This document shows, piece after piece, positions 17,701 through 28,012 of a DNA stretch of 62,229 bases (position 1 is the first letter of the stretch; each line of letters starts with the position of its first letter). The notes beneath the pieces are model-generated. The model saw only the letters and a list, made by a program, of their open reading frames with translations. It had not been told where the DNA came from and made no database searches. The position numbers were made by a program, and so were the translations under genes. This DNA comes from a virus (lineage: Duplodnaviria > Caudoviricetes): the IMG/VR virus record IMGVR_UViG_3300020477_000002, positions 1 to 62,229 of that record. One strand, written 5' to 3'.

Positions 17701-20700
17701 CCTAATGACTCCATGAATCTACCAAATACCTTCCTAAACCAAAAAGCAATCTTGTCTGTGAATGTAGGATCTTCAGCAAACTGCTTACTGGATTCTTCAG
17801 TAAAGTATTCACGCCCCTTATCTACATCCTCCCTACCTAGATACTCTGATATCCTAGCTACAATTTCTAATGAAGCCTCAGTCTCTGCATGTAATTCAAG
17901 ATCCTCCCCAAACTTTTTATTATACTCAGAAAATTTAAAGTTACCGCTAGTTCCTTCATTATCAACCTTCATAAAATAAACTTCTGCAATAGCCCTAACC
18001 TCTTCATAAGTTTCTTGTGCCTTAGCTTTGGAGGTAGCTGAAGTTGTATTTACATTGCCAAACTTCCTAAGAAATTCCTGATGTGGTTCATATGGTATTT
18101 CTTCAAACATTTCCTCAAACCATCTATCTCCCCTTGCATCTTGATTACTTTTAAGCCAGTCTCCATACATAGGCTTACTTAGTTCTTCTGTGATGAAAGC
18201 CTTATATGGATGGGACTTCATCCTTTCATTTTTAAGAGCATCATAACCATGCTGCATAAAACTTTTAATACTGTTTTGATAGTGAGGCCCAAGCATTGAT
18301 GCACCATAGCCCGGAGTATTCTCATAATATTCAGCAAACTCTTCAGTCATATTGTTCTTGACAAGCTGAACAAGCTCATCCTTTGCAGGCTTAGGAAGAA
18401 GCTCAACAACTCCATGACCTACTGATTCATGCCATAATGTTTTAGCTAGTATGATTTCACTAGTCATCATCCTCTGGTTAAGGTAGACACGCCTTGTTTG
18501 TGAATCAAACCATCCAGCTATTGGCAGAGTACCCATCATTCCATCTGATAATACACTTATTCTTGGAGCACCCGGATATCTATTGGTAAATTTTTCAATC
18601 ATTTCTTTTATTCTAGGCATAGGTAGGGGTGCAGGCATAGCCTTATCAACTATGTCACCGGGTTCGGCTTGTCTATTAGGATCAGCTATCCTTAATTCTC
18701 CTTCTACTCTACGCCATCCTTGACCTATATTTCTTTGAACTTCTTTTACAGCCTCCCACCACTCGTCACTAAATAGAGTGTGATCTGCTGTAGCTTCTTT
18801 AATTTCATTGGAGATAATGATTCTATCAGATAGCAGGTGAGCCTGTAATTGGAATGGACTTGTTTGTTCAGCTTCTATTAACCTCCAAACTGGACTATCT
18901 TTTAGTTGCTGGTATCTATTCTTTACGGCCTCCCATTCTGCATCTAATTCAGCTTCAGTCATCATATCCGACTCACCAACTTGAGAAGGATATTTCCAAG
19001 ATCCTGCTTCTTCAGATAATATTTCTTCTACTGTAGCATCGAATGCCTCTATTTCTTCTGGAGTTAAGTCTGCCCTTATAGAAGAATCAACAGGGGTTGG
19101 AAGTATAATGGGGATTGCTCGCCCATCACTTATTTGATCCTTTAATTTACTTTCATACTCTGCAATTTCCTCAGGTGTATATTTTTTCTCCTTATCTTTA
19201 GCAGCCTCAACTTCATTATAGTAATCAGTTGATGTGCCTACATCTGTGTCAGTAACAAAGTCATCATATACTGTGCCGTGATCTTCTGCATTCTTCTGGA
19301 CTAAGGCAGTTAATGTTTCAATCTGTGCCTCACCATGTGCTGAACGATTGATATTCTCCTTAGTCATCTGCTGAACCAGCTCATCTTCATCCTGCTGTAG
19401 TCGTTCCCGATCAGGATTAAGACTCTTAACTGTTTCTACATAAGTACTTGCAGTTGCCTCATCTTTGAATTCAATATTAACTACTGTAGGCTCTTCCCCC
19501 TTACCACGCTCATACATGTATGATAGTTCAACTAAGTTACCTGTATTAAATGCCCACACTATAGGCGTTCCTGCAATATCTTCCTGCATAGTAATAGCAT
19601 CAACTTCATCAGCCAGCTTATTAAGATTAACGTCTACATCTCTGTCAACTCTAGCAAGTATATCAGATGGCAGTGATGGAGAGTCTTTGGTGGTTTCTAT
19701 CAGGTCAGTCCTGTCGAGTTTCCTACTAATAAACTTGTTGGCCTTCCTGTCTTTACCCAACATAACACCATGTTGATGCAAGGTGCGTTTAATAAAGTCT
19801 GGAACAACCTGTGGCTCTGGATCAAGGGCGGCTAATAAGGAGCTGCCACTCTCATATCTAGCAACAGAATCAGGCTCAGCAACATCGATGTCCATATTAA
19901 GTCTGTAGATTTTCCAGTCATCACCCTTAGCCAGACCCTTACTGACAATGAATGAATCATCACCACCTAAACTATCAATGAATGTTTCTATTTCGTTTTG
20001 CTTGGCATCGGAAAGGTATGGTGCAAAGATACGTTCAACTTCTGAAGTAACTATTTGCCATACATCAGGGGTCTTTGGTTCTTTGTAGGGTACTTTTTTG
20101 GTTGCTTTGACAGCACCTCTGGTGAGCTTTGATACTAGGTCTTCTGGATTGGTAGGTTCAGCTTCCTTTTTTGTTTCTTGTTTTTCCTCCCTTACTTCGG
20201 ACTTTTTTTTTAAAGTTTTCTTGGGCTTCCTTGTAGCCTTTAGTTTCTCAGAAGCTTCCTTCTCTTTGGCAGAGTACTTATCCACCTTAGTACTAACAGT
20301 GCTACCACCCTTCTTGGCTAATGCAAAATTAACTTTTTCCCTTTGCTTTTGTGTCAACAGTGGGAAGTATCTATCCTTTAGGGACTGGCTATTATCAGGT
20401 GTTACTTCACCTTCCAACCAAGTTACTAATGCATTGCGTATAAGTTCCTTTAAATCAGTTGGAGCTTTTTTAACACCACCTAGATCCTTCTTTATTTGTT
20501 CAGAGAAAAATTCTGTAGTTTTACCTGTCGCATCCCAACGGGATACATCAGTATACTTAGGATCATCTTCTATTTTCGCATACCAATCTTCTCTGAATTT
20601 TTCAGGTAGGGAGTTCTTTACGGCATCCGCATCTAACACCCTTCCAGTTTTCTTAGCTTGGTTTACTCGCTCCTGTAGTATCTCTAATGCCTTGCCAATA

Positions 20701-23700
20701 GCACCAGTACCTTGCTCTAAGGCATCCCCTACTGTTGCCATCTCACCTTTTGGGGGTCTGACGGGGGCTTTTGTTTCTTTCTTAGGAGCAACCTTTGCCC
20801 TAATCTTTTCTAAAACATCCATTGGCTTATCAGTTTTTTCAACCTTAACACCAACACCTTTAGCTACTCTACTTACTACATCTTCGAGTTCACTTAATGG
20901 TACATCGCCTACGTCAACTGTCTGAATTAATGCCCTAGCTTCTTCGGCTGCATCTATCCTGTCCTTTATCTTTTCTTTGCCCTTCTTACCCCTTCTAGCG
21001 GCAAGCTTATCCTTCATATCCTGTTGCTTGGTACGCTTCTTTGCGGCATCATCTGCCAATCCTTTATCTGTTACCTGCTCAGGAGATTTAAGGTCTGCTG
21101 ACTTCTTCCTATTGTCAACCATACCCTCTGTCAAGGCATCTGTATGTACCTGCTCCTCAACATCTGCCTGAGTTACTGGTCTGGTGCGAGGTGTTCTAGG
21201 TTTCTCAGTACCTTCAGCTACTCTCAGTGGCGTGTCAGCTTCCCTACCTTCAGTAATGAATCCGTTCCTGTATTTACCACCCTTTTCTTTAACACTATAC
21301 GTATCAGCTAATCCTGACAGCAGGTGTTGGAGCATAGCTTCTGCTTCCCTAGTATGCTTACCATTCTTGCTTATAGCATGTCTTCTTACAGTACTATCTG
21401 GTCTATAATTACGTCTTTCTTCAGGTGTTAATTGATTGTAACGATGCGTTTCTATTAGTTCTTTTTTAACTGTTTGTCCTAGCTTACCTGCCCCCCTCTT
21501 TTCAGTAGAAAAGAAAATATTACCATCACGATCAACCCCATCGAACCTCCACTTCTGTACTTTCTTCGGGAAACTATTGGGATCATCATTACGGAAGCCC
21601 CTATTCTTAGAATAATGAATAACAGTTTGCCCTATGAGTGGGGTAATGTCTTCTTCTGGAACCTTTTTAGGACTCTTTATAGTACTTCCATCACGATTAT
21701 AAAGCCTTACTCCTTTAGTAAATTTAGGGGAAGCAGCAACTTCAGCAGCAAGTTCTTCTTCTAGCTCCTGCCTTTCTCTACTTATTTGTTCTTTTGTCTG
21801 GTTTAATTCTCCCAATCCTTCTTCTATAGAACTCCTTAATTCCGCTTGCTCCTTTGCTTCAGCATCACCCAGAACTTCAATATCAGAAGCAGCTCGTGCT
21901 CTTGAAAATGGAAGTGCATCACCGGGAACTTCTATTTCAAGCTCCAGTGCTAAGTCTTCTGCTATCCTATCCCTTAAGTCTGCTGGGATTTGATATTCAT
22001 TTTTCTTTTTACCTTTCTTTGTTGTATATTCAGTTGGTTTGATACCTTCTTCCTCAGCCCTTTCCTTAATCTTGTTATATAACTTACCTCTTTGATAGTT
22101 CCAATCCCAACCTCCTTCTTGGAATCCCTCCCTAAGTGCCCATGATTTAACAAGTTCAACTATCTCAGTAGCAGATTCACCTACAGTTAGAGTTTCTGGT
22201 ATAGGAGTTTCTTCATAAATTGTTTCTACCGCTTCTTTTTTAACAGTTGGTTTTTTCTTTGGTTCGGTTCCCTTCTCCGCAACCACACTGGCTTCCCTTT
22301 CTGTACCAACTTGTTCAACTGCTTCCCCTTCTTTTGGTGGTAAAACTGGTGGTAAATCTCCAGCCTTGGTACTTACTGGTGTAGCATCAGGTTCAGGTGT
22401 AACTACAGGTTCACCTACTTCCTCAGCAGGAGCCTTCTCAGCCCTGACTGCATCAGCCCTAGGTATAGTACCAGCCTTCTCCATGTTAGCGATGACAGCA
22501 TTAACACCTTTGTTATCAAGATTTACATTACCTTGAGCTGTCTGCAGGTAGGCTATATCACGGGGGCTTCTTTGTTCTTCTGGTGTCTGAAGTATATTAT
22601 CTACAGTCTGCCTTAGAACTGCATCCTCATTAAGCTCAACTGCTGGGTCGGCTGCCTCCTGTATTGGAGTAGCATCTGGAATAAAATGAGTTCCGGGCTT
22701 GAATGAATCTACTCTACGCTTCCTTTCTGATGTACGTTTAGGTTCTGTCTTCTCACCAAGAAGATCAGCACCTCTTCTCATGTCAGCTATTTCTTCATCG
22801 ATGACTCGTACAATACGATCATCCTGATCTACTGCCTTCTGCCTTAATCTATCAAGTTCTACGAGTGCAGTCTCCGTATCAGGAATATCTATTGCAGATC
22901 TAACCTGATTTAATATAACTCCCTTAGGAACAAAGTCCTCATCACCCGGTTTAGCAGTTCCTGATGGTCGAGCAATAGGATTACCATTCTTATCTAAACT
23001 AAAAGATCCCTTCTCCCACGCTTTATAGCCTCTATATCCACTAACACTACCAAATGGGCCACCCATAACACCACCCATCAGTGCCTCGTAACCTACCTGC
23101 TTAGGATCAATTCCATATATAGTACCTGCTAATAATGGGTATGGAATCTGCTCACCAACATCTCCTAATGCCAACATCTTAGCTTCCATTGCAGTATACT
23201 GAGAACCTGCTGATTGAAGTGCCTCTTCAAGTGCCTCTATACCTGATGACTTAGCACCTGTTCTCATTATAGTTCCCCATTTACCTGATGCGGTCTTAAT
23301 CATTTTAGCAAAACGACCTGCACCAGCAGGTGTTCTGTTAAGTGGATTAAATAAATTACCTAGAAATACCTTCCATGCACTATCATCAGCACGTTCAGAT
23401 AAAATCTTTACAGCCTCTAATCGTATTGCCTCTTCATCTTCAGTGGTAAGCTTCTTCTTCATTGCAGTCTCAAGCTTCTCCCTTACCATTGGATCTGTAA
23501 TAATATCTACATAATTAAATCCAACTTCTGCCAATGCTTCTACTGTATTCCTTGCCATAAAAGCTGTCAGCCAAGCGGCAGCTCCAGTTATTCCTATGGC
23601 AGCAGCAGTCTTTGCTCCAACAACTGCACCTGCTACACCACCTACCATAACTGCCGCCATTGTTGGGACAGATACGGATAGATCAAAGAGGAACTGAGTA

Positions 23701-24191
23701 ACAGGATTCATATCCTTAGATTGGTATGCGTATATAAGACTGTTCTCCCACCTTGATTCATCCATTTGCTCTAGGTTGTCAAGCATACCTTCAGGATCAT
23801 CGAGTCCTTTTGCTATTGCAAACTCACTTACATCAACCATCTGACCGCCCAGATTTTTAACCATCTGGCCCCATCTGCTAACAGTTCCACCGAAGCCTTT
23901 CTCACGGCTGAAATCTCCGGGGTTATCTGCTTGCCCTAAGCCATATGCATCAAACAAGTATTCCAAATCATCGTCAGATATGTCAGGCATGGTTGATTTG
24001 ATCTCCCTTCTTAAGGAATTTCTTTTCAACTTCCATGCTCCGTATGGATTGTCTGGCATATTATAAAGGCTATCTAATTCAGACCTGTACTTTTGTGCCT
24101 GAGGAGGTATTGCTAAAGGTTGAGGAGCTATAGGATCAACCTGATATCTCCTCATTTTTGTATCTTCAAATCCTTTATATTGTTCTGCCAT
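14775..24191 (-). CDS. Giant internal virion / ejection protein (polyvalent-type) with zincin-like motif and LPD38-like C-terminus
   Basis: 3138 aa; LWHESVGH; W-x2-RQDWDKDMYWWINIPG...RMPKPHEF...P-x2-KPLIEV...NKNFF...PI; last gene of the virion operon. Confidence 0.75.
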   Translation of the reverse strand: MAEQYKGFEDTKMRRYQVDPIAPQPLAIPPQAQKYRSELDSLYNMPDNPYGAWKLKRNSLRREIKSTMPDISDDDLEYLFDAYGLGQADNPGDFSREKGFGGTVSRWGQMVKNLGGQMVDVSEFAIAKGLDDPEGMLDNLEQMDESRWENSLIYAYQSKDMNPVTQFLFDLSVSVPTMAAVMVGGVAGAVVGAKTAAAIGITGAAAWLTAFMARNTVEALAEVGFNYVDIITDPMVREKLETAMKKKLTTEDEEAIRLEAVKILSERADDSAWKVFLGNLFNPLNRTPAGAGRFAKMIKTASGKWGTIMRTGAKSSGIEALEEALQSAGSQYTAMEAKMLALGDVGEQIPYPLLAGTIYGIDPKQVGYEALMGGVMGGPFGSVSGYRGYKAWEKGSFSLDKNGNPIARPSGTAKPGDEDFVPKGVILNQVRSAIDIPDTETALVELDRLRQKAVDQDDRIVRVIDEEIADMRRGADLLGEKTEPKRTSERKRRVDSFKPGTHFIPDATPIQEAADPAVELNEDAVLRQTVDNILQTPEEQRSPRDIAYLQTAQGNVNLDNKGVNAVIANMEKAGTIPRADAVRAEKAPAEEVGEPVVTPEPDATPVSTKAGDLPPVLPPKEGEAVEQVGTEREASVVAEKGTEPKKKPTVKKEAVETIYEETPIPETLTVGESATEIVELVKSWALREGFQEGGWDWNYQRGKLYNKIKERAEEEGIKPTEYTTKKGKKKNEYQIPADLRDRIAEDLALELEIEVPGDALPFSRARAASDIEVLGDAEAKEQAELRSSIEEGLGELNQTKEQISRERQELEEELAAEVAASPKFTKGVRLYNRDGSTIKSPKKVPEEDITPLIGQTVIHYSKNRGFRNDDPNSFPKKVQKWRFDGVDRDGNIFFSTEKRGAGKLGQTVKKELIETHRYNQLTPEERRNYRPDSTVRRHAISKNGKHTREAEAMLQHLLSGLADTYSVKEKGGKYRNGFITEGREADTPLRVAEGTEKPRTPRTRPVTQADVEEQVHTDALTEGMVDNRKKSADLKSPEQVTDKGLADDAAKKRTKQQDMKDKLAARRGKKGKEKIKDRIDAAEEARALIQTVDVGDVPLSELEDVVSRVAKGVGVKVEKTDKPMDVLEKIRAKVAPKKETKAPVRPPKGEMATVGDALEQGTGAIGKALEILQERVNQAKKTGRVLDADAVKNSLPEKFREDWYAKIEDDPKYTDVSRWDATGKTTEFFSEQIKKDLGGVKKAPTDLKELIRNALVTWLEGEVTPDNSQSLKDRYFPLLTQKQREKVNFALAKKGGSTVSTKVDKYSAKEKEASEKLKATRKPKKTLKKKSEVREEKQETKKEAEPTNPEDLVSKLTRGAVKATKKVPYKEPKTPDVWQIVTSEVERIFAPYLSDAKQNEIETFIDSLGGDDSFIVSKGLAKGDDWKIYRLNMDIDVAEPDSVARYESGSSLLAALDPEPQVVPDFIKRTLHQHGVMLGKDRKANKFISRKLDRTDLIETTKDSPSLPSDILARVDRDVDVNLNKLADEVDAITMQEDIAGTPIVWAFNTGNLVELSYMYERGKGEEPTVVNIEFKDEATASTYVETVKSLNPDRERLQQDEDELVQQMTKENINRSAHGEAQIETLTALVQKNAEDHGTVYDDFVTDTDVGTSTDYYNEVEAAKDKEKKYTPEEIAEYESKLKDQISDGRAIPIILPTPVDSSIRADLTPEEIEAFDATVEEILSEEAGSWKYPSQVGESDMMTEAELDAEWEAVKNRYQQLKDSPVWRLIEAEQTSPFQLQAHLLSDRIIISNEIKEATADHTLFSDEWWEAVKEVQRNIGQGWRRVEGELRIADPNRQAEPGDIVDKAMPAPLPMPRIKEMIEKFTNRYPGAPRISVLSDGMMGTLPIAGWFDSQTRRVYLNQRMMTSEIILAKTLWHESVGHGVVELLPKPAKDELVQLVKNNMTEEFAEYYENTPGYGASMLGPHYQNSIKSFMQHGYDALKNERMKSHPYKAFITEELSKPMYGDWLKSNQDARGDRWFEEMFEEIPYEPHQEFLRKFGNVNTTSATSKAKAQETYEEVRAIAEVYFMKVDNEGTSGNFKFSEYNKKFGEDLELHAETEASLEIVARISEYLGREDVDKGREYFTEESSKQFAEDPTFTDKIAFWFRKVFGRFMESLGWKQTALTPAEVKLGLLDMAKAWKRKDRAWRNYPKQVIYAEGDEQAALNRPAKPGEEKLGSELDFFGVSDMPLEDISHIESVREMRQTKLGERHLKILEPHEKFRNMGDVGVDQLEAMDAMYPSYNPNEKTMSGWWGRLGAQIIHKVTDPYRVVKSKVGDVEYMKARLSNREDGVMAVKLRHGGITVKREKVDGVTINEVKFDPKGRGLFEILRPLGGKMGNKDDYKSEIDRFVAWVAYKRADLLEKQMGEETLGIQRKHIDAAIDPVNGFDKGELRDATTGVTVSRKHLYAKMAKELAEWNKGIVDFGIDMGLFNAESASNWNTDWYLPFFRHFEEGIGKDVPKGTRNYKSLAGQTGIKQLKGSHRALDNPLDNLVRNAMHIISASLKNDSAVLTLEQASKIKDPISGEFLARRVRHPSESSLRVIKDGKDFHYEISDPMLFDSLGSMNVSNDFAGMGWALYAKNLFTRITTASPVFKVRNVLRDTMNAAAQSEVGYNVFKNAVGGYKELGRSEADMLVSGAYIQFGNIRSDDPNFSKKLLTKEMRSGFIGANPEAHDGYMNAVRKYTAMARGVWDRYQRFGDKLENANRAAIFRHHLDKGDSQLKAAFEARDLMDFTLHGGAKWVNLVTSLTPFANAMLQGKYKTGRALINNPIPVVVVSSAITAASIAEYFMYEDNEEWQRRQDWDKDMYWWINIPGTDTAFRMPKPHEFAIVANLAWRGLDMARKKDPVNGELFVSAVKSVLLREFDMTPIPQVVKPLIEVGMNKNFFFDRPIEPYRFKNMSAKEKRDLYTSETMITMSEAFDWAGVEISPMQLEHLVNGYFGWVGELGIGLSNMIVSKARDFPERPAQKFMDHPVLRKMFQASPIRNTKAGTAFYERLKDVEQAHNDLNLSKKLEDWDRYKEIYEEKKDLLKWKDFIKKKQRMLNEINKRIRIIRFDKYMGAEQKRERMDQLYLLRNQITDRIAESPALR

Positions 24192-24193
24192 AT

Positions 24194-26482
24194 TTAGTTC
24201 CTCCTTTTTCTACTACCATATCTACCCTTGCCAGAAGGTCTTCTTGACTTACCGCTATACTTATCTTGAGTCATTACTGCAGCCCAGAATTGTTCAAATC
24301 TGTTTTGCAAAAAACTTTTTCTTGGGCTAGTCTCCGTTGCATATAAACCCTTATTAAATAGTTCAAACTCTGCTTTCAATAATATTCCTCTAGGATTACG
24401 CTCTTGATTACCTAGCTCTGTTTCAGTTCCAACAAGGTGAGAAATGTAATCACGGAAAGAAGTAAACCCAAGTTCTTTATTTCTATCAGTCATAAAAGAA
24501 CCACCATGCCTATATGCCATATCCCCTAATAGTTGTTTTAGTTCAGGATATTTTCTATATACACTGGGCTTAAGGAATTCATGATTATTAGTTAGAATTT
24601 TTAAATTTTTATCATATGCCCACATGCCTAATGCTTTCCCTTCTTCAGGAGTAAGCTTAAGGCTATCCCTGTTAGCTTGTTGGGCTGGAGTAAGAACATC
24701 TATAGGAGATTCTCCTCTTTTAACATGACCTAAAAATTCATGAAGATCAGGGGCTAAGAAATATTTTTCAAGTGCTTTCCACTTAGGACTTTCTGGTTTA
24801 AGATTCAATTCCTTCCTTACCTGATTCATTATTTTAGTTTTGTGATTGGCATCTCCTTGTGCCATTTCCCATGCATTAACTGAAGGGCCAATTGCCGGGT
24901 CATCTAAATCATCAACTACATGAGCTAATCCATCTGCCTCTACTTTAAATCCTTCATTATATAAAAGATTATTTGCAACTTGCTCATCATATTCATCTGA
25001 ATATATACTTTTTGGAACTGCAGACAAATCCTTTTTAATAACAGTTGAAGGAGTTACATCTACACGAAATCCGGGTTCCTCTGCACCAAGCTTCTTCTCA
25101 ATTTTTTCAATCGCTGTATTAATAGTTGGCCCATATTTTAACCTAAGGACTTCTTCCTCACGTTTGAGATTATTTACAATACTTTCTGTCGTTGTTTCAA
25201 TCTGTGCTTTAGTATCATCACTAAGTTCTCCATCTTCTACTAATTCAGCAGTTATTTTATTTAAAATAGTTTGCTTTGTAGGATCAAACTCAGCCCCACG
25301 ACCACTAGATTCTATACCTATTAAAGGAGCACCAGCTCGAATCCTTGCAGCAAGGCTTGCTCTCAACCTTTGTATATAACCTGAGAGTTTGTTATCAAAG
25401 GACAGCTCCTGTCCATTTTTATCTACTGTAGGAATTGGAATATCAATAATATCCTTACCTTCTTTAAGATCTGCAGCAGCCTGCTTCTCGACCTCATCTT
25501 GATCAGCAGCCAGCACTTCATTTGTGGGTTGTACAGGTTTAAGTAATGATATTGGCCCTTTGTGCAGAGGCTGTGGTTCAAATTTAGGTATAGTCTCTGA
25601 TCCAGAATCTATTTGTTTCTTTTTCTTATACTTCTCCTCAAGCAACTGTTCATTGAACTCATGTATCCCCGTTTTTACCAAACCAGCAGGTTTCTTTTCT
25701 GGTGTGTTAATAGTATAACCAAGCTGATTCTTAACATACGCAACCATATTATTAACATCATCCCTTGGTTCTGTATACACATCAGGATTATAATACCCGG
25801 CATCTTCTGCCCATTTCATAAAATCTGTAGTAGCTGTATGCTGAGGATTTGTTGTTAGCTCTTCAATAATTTCCTTCCTTCTCTGCTCTATATCATCTCC
25901 CTTGTAATTAGCATAGTCTTCAAGTAGTCTTTGGGTATTCTTAGGGAATAAGTTTTTATATTTAACAACCAATTCATACTTAGATAACTGCTGAGTATCA
26001 GCTATATAAGCATCATAGATTTTATTCCATGTCTTCTCTATCTTATTTCGATCCCTCCATCCCCAAGCCTTACCATTCTGTTGGATGTTCCCCATCTCAA
26101 CAGCTTTCATATGTAGTCCAAGCTTATGGGTAACTTCTCGCCTTTGATTTTCCTGATCTGTAATATCCTTCTGCCACCCAGCCTTACGCATATCTCTGCC
26201 TATAGTACCCCCGAAGTACTCCTGAGGCTGTTGGTCTGTTTTTAATTTTAATCCCGCTTGCTGTGCCCCTGCTTCTTGGGGTTGTTGCCCCTTATATCCA
26301 GAGTAAAGATCAGCACCAAAGATTTGGCCTGTCCTCTCAGCCATGTTAGCAAATGCACCACCAGCATAACCTATATACTGTCTAGTTCTTTCAGCATCTG
26401 CATTCCTTTGCTGTATCTGTTCTGATAAATTCTTATGCCGATACGGAAGCAGTCTTCCACTGTCGTAAAATGCTATTGCCAT
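24194..26482 (-). CDS. Internal virion protein with T4-lysozyme-like C-terminal domain
   Basis: LLYNEGFK...DD..DPAIG, LTPEEGKAL, QLLGDMAYRHG...F. Confidence 0.55.
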   Translation of the reverse strand: MAIAFYDSGRLLPYRHKNLSEQIQQRNADAERTRQYIGYAGGAFANMAERTGQIFGADLYSGYKGQQPQEAGAQQAGLKLKTDQQPQEYFGGTIGRDMRKAGWQKDITDQENQRREVTHKLGLHMKAVEMGNIQQNGKAWGWRDRNKIEKTWNKIYDAYIADTQQLSKYELVVKYKNLFPKNTQRLLEDYANYKGDDIEQRRKEIIEELTTNPQHTATTDFMKWAEDAGYYNPDVYTEPRDDVNNMVAYVKNQLGYTINTPEKKPAGLVKTGIHEFNEQLLEEKYKKKKQIDSGSETIPKFEPQPLHKGPISLLKPVQPTNEVLAADQDEVEKQAAADLKEGKDIIDIPIPTVDKNGQELSFDNKLSGYIQRLRASLAARIRAGAPLIGIESSGRGAEFDPTKQTILNKITAELVEDGELSDDTKAQIETTTESIVNNLKREEEVLRLKYGPTINTAIEKIEKKLGAEEPGFRVDVTPSTVIKKDLSAVPKSIYSDEYDEQVANNLLYNEGFKVEADGLAHVVDDLDDPAIGPSVNAWEMAQGDANHKTKIMNQVRKELNLKPESPKWKALEKYFLAPDLHEFLGHVKRGESPIDVLTPAQQANRDSLKLTPEEGKALGMWAYDKNLKILTNNHEFLKPSVYRKYPELKQLLGDMAYRHGGSFMTDRNKELGFTSFRDYISHLVGTETELGNQERNPRGILLKAEFELFNKGLYATETSPRKSFLQNRFEQFWAAVMTQDKYSGKSRRPSGKGRYGSRKRRN

Positions 26483-26507
26483 AACGTATTCCTTTTATTT
26501 ATTATTT

Positions 26508-28004
26508 TTATCTAATTGATCTACCATGACCCCATTGTAAACCGCCACTTCCTTTTATCCTCCAATTTTTATTATCTTTTCTATTCATAAAAGCAGAATT
26601 GTGTTGAACGGAAGATGGTACTCTATCATATGATCCGGGCAATCCTGATCCACCTCTTGGAATATAACTTGGCTGACTATCTTGGTAATTTATACCACTA
26701 TAGTTTTTACCTAATCCGGGGTGAGCCCCACTTGAAGTATACATAGTTTGATATGGATCTGGGCCACTAGCACTTACATTTGACAGATCTGGCTTGCTTG
26801 CCGAAGCAAATCTTGTATTCATATCAGGATTTCTTATATGTGATATATTAGAAATAAGATTACCATCGGGAGGTGGTGGCGTACCTCCAGCAGGCCGTGC
26901 CATTCTTCCATACATGTCAGCTTCTGCACTAGCCGCCCTACCTGCTTGTATGCCTGTGTATAGATTTGCCGCAGTACCTGCAATAGCAAGACCTGTCTGG
27001 ATACCTCTGCCCATCCGACCAGCATTATACTCATCAACCTGTTGCTGTGCCATACGATCACTAAGCATAAGCTCCTGCTCCCTACCCATACGTTGCTCTT
27101 CTATACTTGTTCTCCTGTCAGACATAGCATCACCCATCTGATCATAGCCCATACTAGCTTGCAGTGATCTTCCTGCTAAGTTCGCAAACCTATCTCCTGT
27201 AGCACCATACTGAGATGCAAGTGCAAGGTTAGCTTGTGATCTATTAAGCCCTGCTGTAGCAAGATTCATCTGATCTGCTATACGTGACTGGTGAGCCTGT
27301 GCCATAATCTGATCTGCCTGCTCCTCATCACCAAGCATGCCTGACTGTTGCATTATCCTATTAGCATCAAGCTGCATTTCCCTCATCCTATTCTCCTGAC
27401 CTGCAAACCAGCCTTTCTGTTTAGCTTTAGCCATATTAGTACCTGCAGTATTCTGAGCATCCATCATTAACTTAGCTGCGGCAACAGGATTAGTCTTTGC
27501 TAAGCCAGAAGCTACTGCCTTAGTTTGTTGCAATGCTGCTTCATTCCCCATCTTAGCGGCATCCATTACCATTGCCTGCACTGCATCAAAGCTACCGGGC
27601 TGGTATTTCTGGGCTTCAAGATCTAATCTGTAAGCTTCTCTCTGCTTCTGCCTCTCCATTGATCTTTCACGTAACCCTGCATAATGTTGCCTGTCATCTG
27701 CAAGTTCACCAGCTCTTCTCTCTCGCATAGCGGCTGATGTAATGCCTGCTTGGGCTGCACCAGCTTGTGCTTCTGATCTACCATATAACCTACGAGCCTC
27801 GCCTGTATCTTTAAGGTATCTGCCATACTCATCCTGACCACGACCTTCATAAAAATCCCGTCTTTTACCATACCTATCGTATGATTTATCAGACCTCTCC
27901 TTCCACTTCTTGAGTTCTGCAGGATTGTGAAACCTTGCGGCATCACCCATCTTAGGGCCACCAAGACTCTCAAACATTCCTCTAATTGCTTTCCCTATGG
28001 GCAT
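26508..28004 (-). CDS. Internal virion (ejection/pilot) protein
   Basis: A/Q/M-rich helical 498 aa with a Gly/Ala hydrophobic segment; precedes the larger ejection proteins. Confidence 0.6.
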   Translation of the reverse strand: MPIGKAIRGMFESLGGPKMGDAARFHNPAELKKWKERSDKSYDRYGKRRDFYEGRGQDEYGRYLKDTGEARRLYGRSEAQAGAAQAGITSAAMRERRAGELADDRQHYAGLRERSMERQKQREAYRLDLEAQKYQPGSFDAVQAMVMDAAKMGNEAALQQTKAVASGLAKTNPVAAAKLMMDAQNTAGTNMAKAKQKGWFAGQENRMREMQLDANRIMQQSGMLGDEEQADQIMAQAHQSRIADQMNLATAGLNRSQANLALASQYGATGDRFANLAGRSLQASMGYDQMGDAMSDRRTSIEEQRMGREQELMLSDRMAQQQVDEYNAGRMGRGIQTGLAIAGTAANLYTGIQAGRAASAEADMYGRMARPAGGTPPPPDGNLISNISHIRNPDMNTRFASASKPDLSNVSASGPDPYQTMYTSSGAHPGLGKNYSGINYQDSQPSYIPRGGSGLPGSYDRVPSSVQHNSAFMNRKDNKNWRIKGSGGLQWGHGRSIR

Positions 28005-28012
28005 ATTTTACC

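Noticed and set aside
15175-22159. Antisense and overlapping ORFs in the track (e.g. 20098..20925, plus 549..830, 1269..1721 and 7455..7871 elsewhere)
   Set aside because: Shadow frames of well-supported genes with no recognisable motifs
14775-24191. Virion RNA polymerase (N4- or crAss-like) in the 3138-aa protein
   Set aside because: No T7-type motif set or DFDGD/DxDxD catalytic context recognised; DGVDRDG looks incidental
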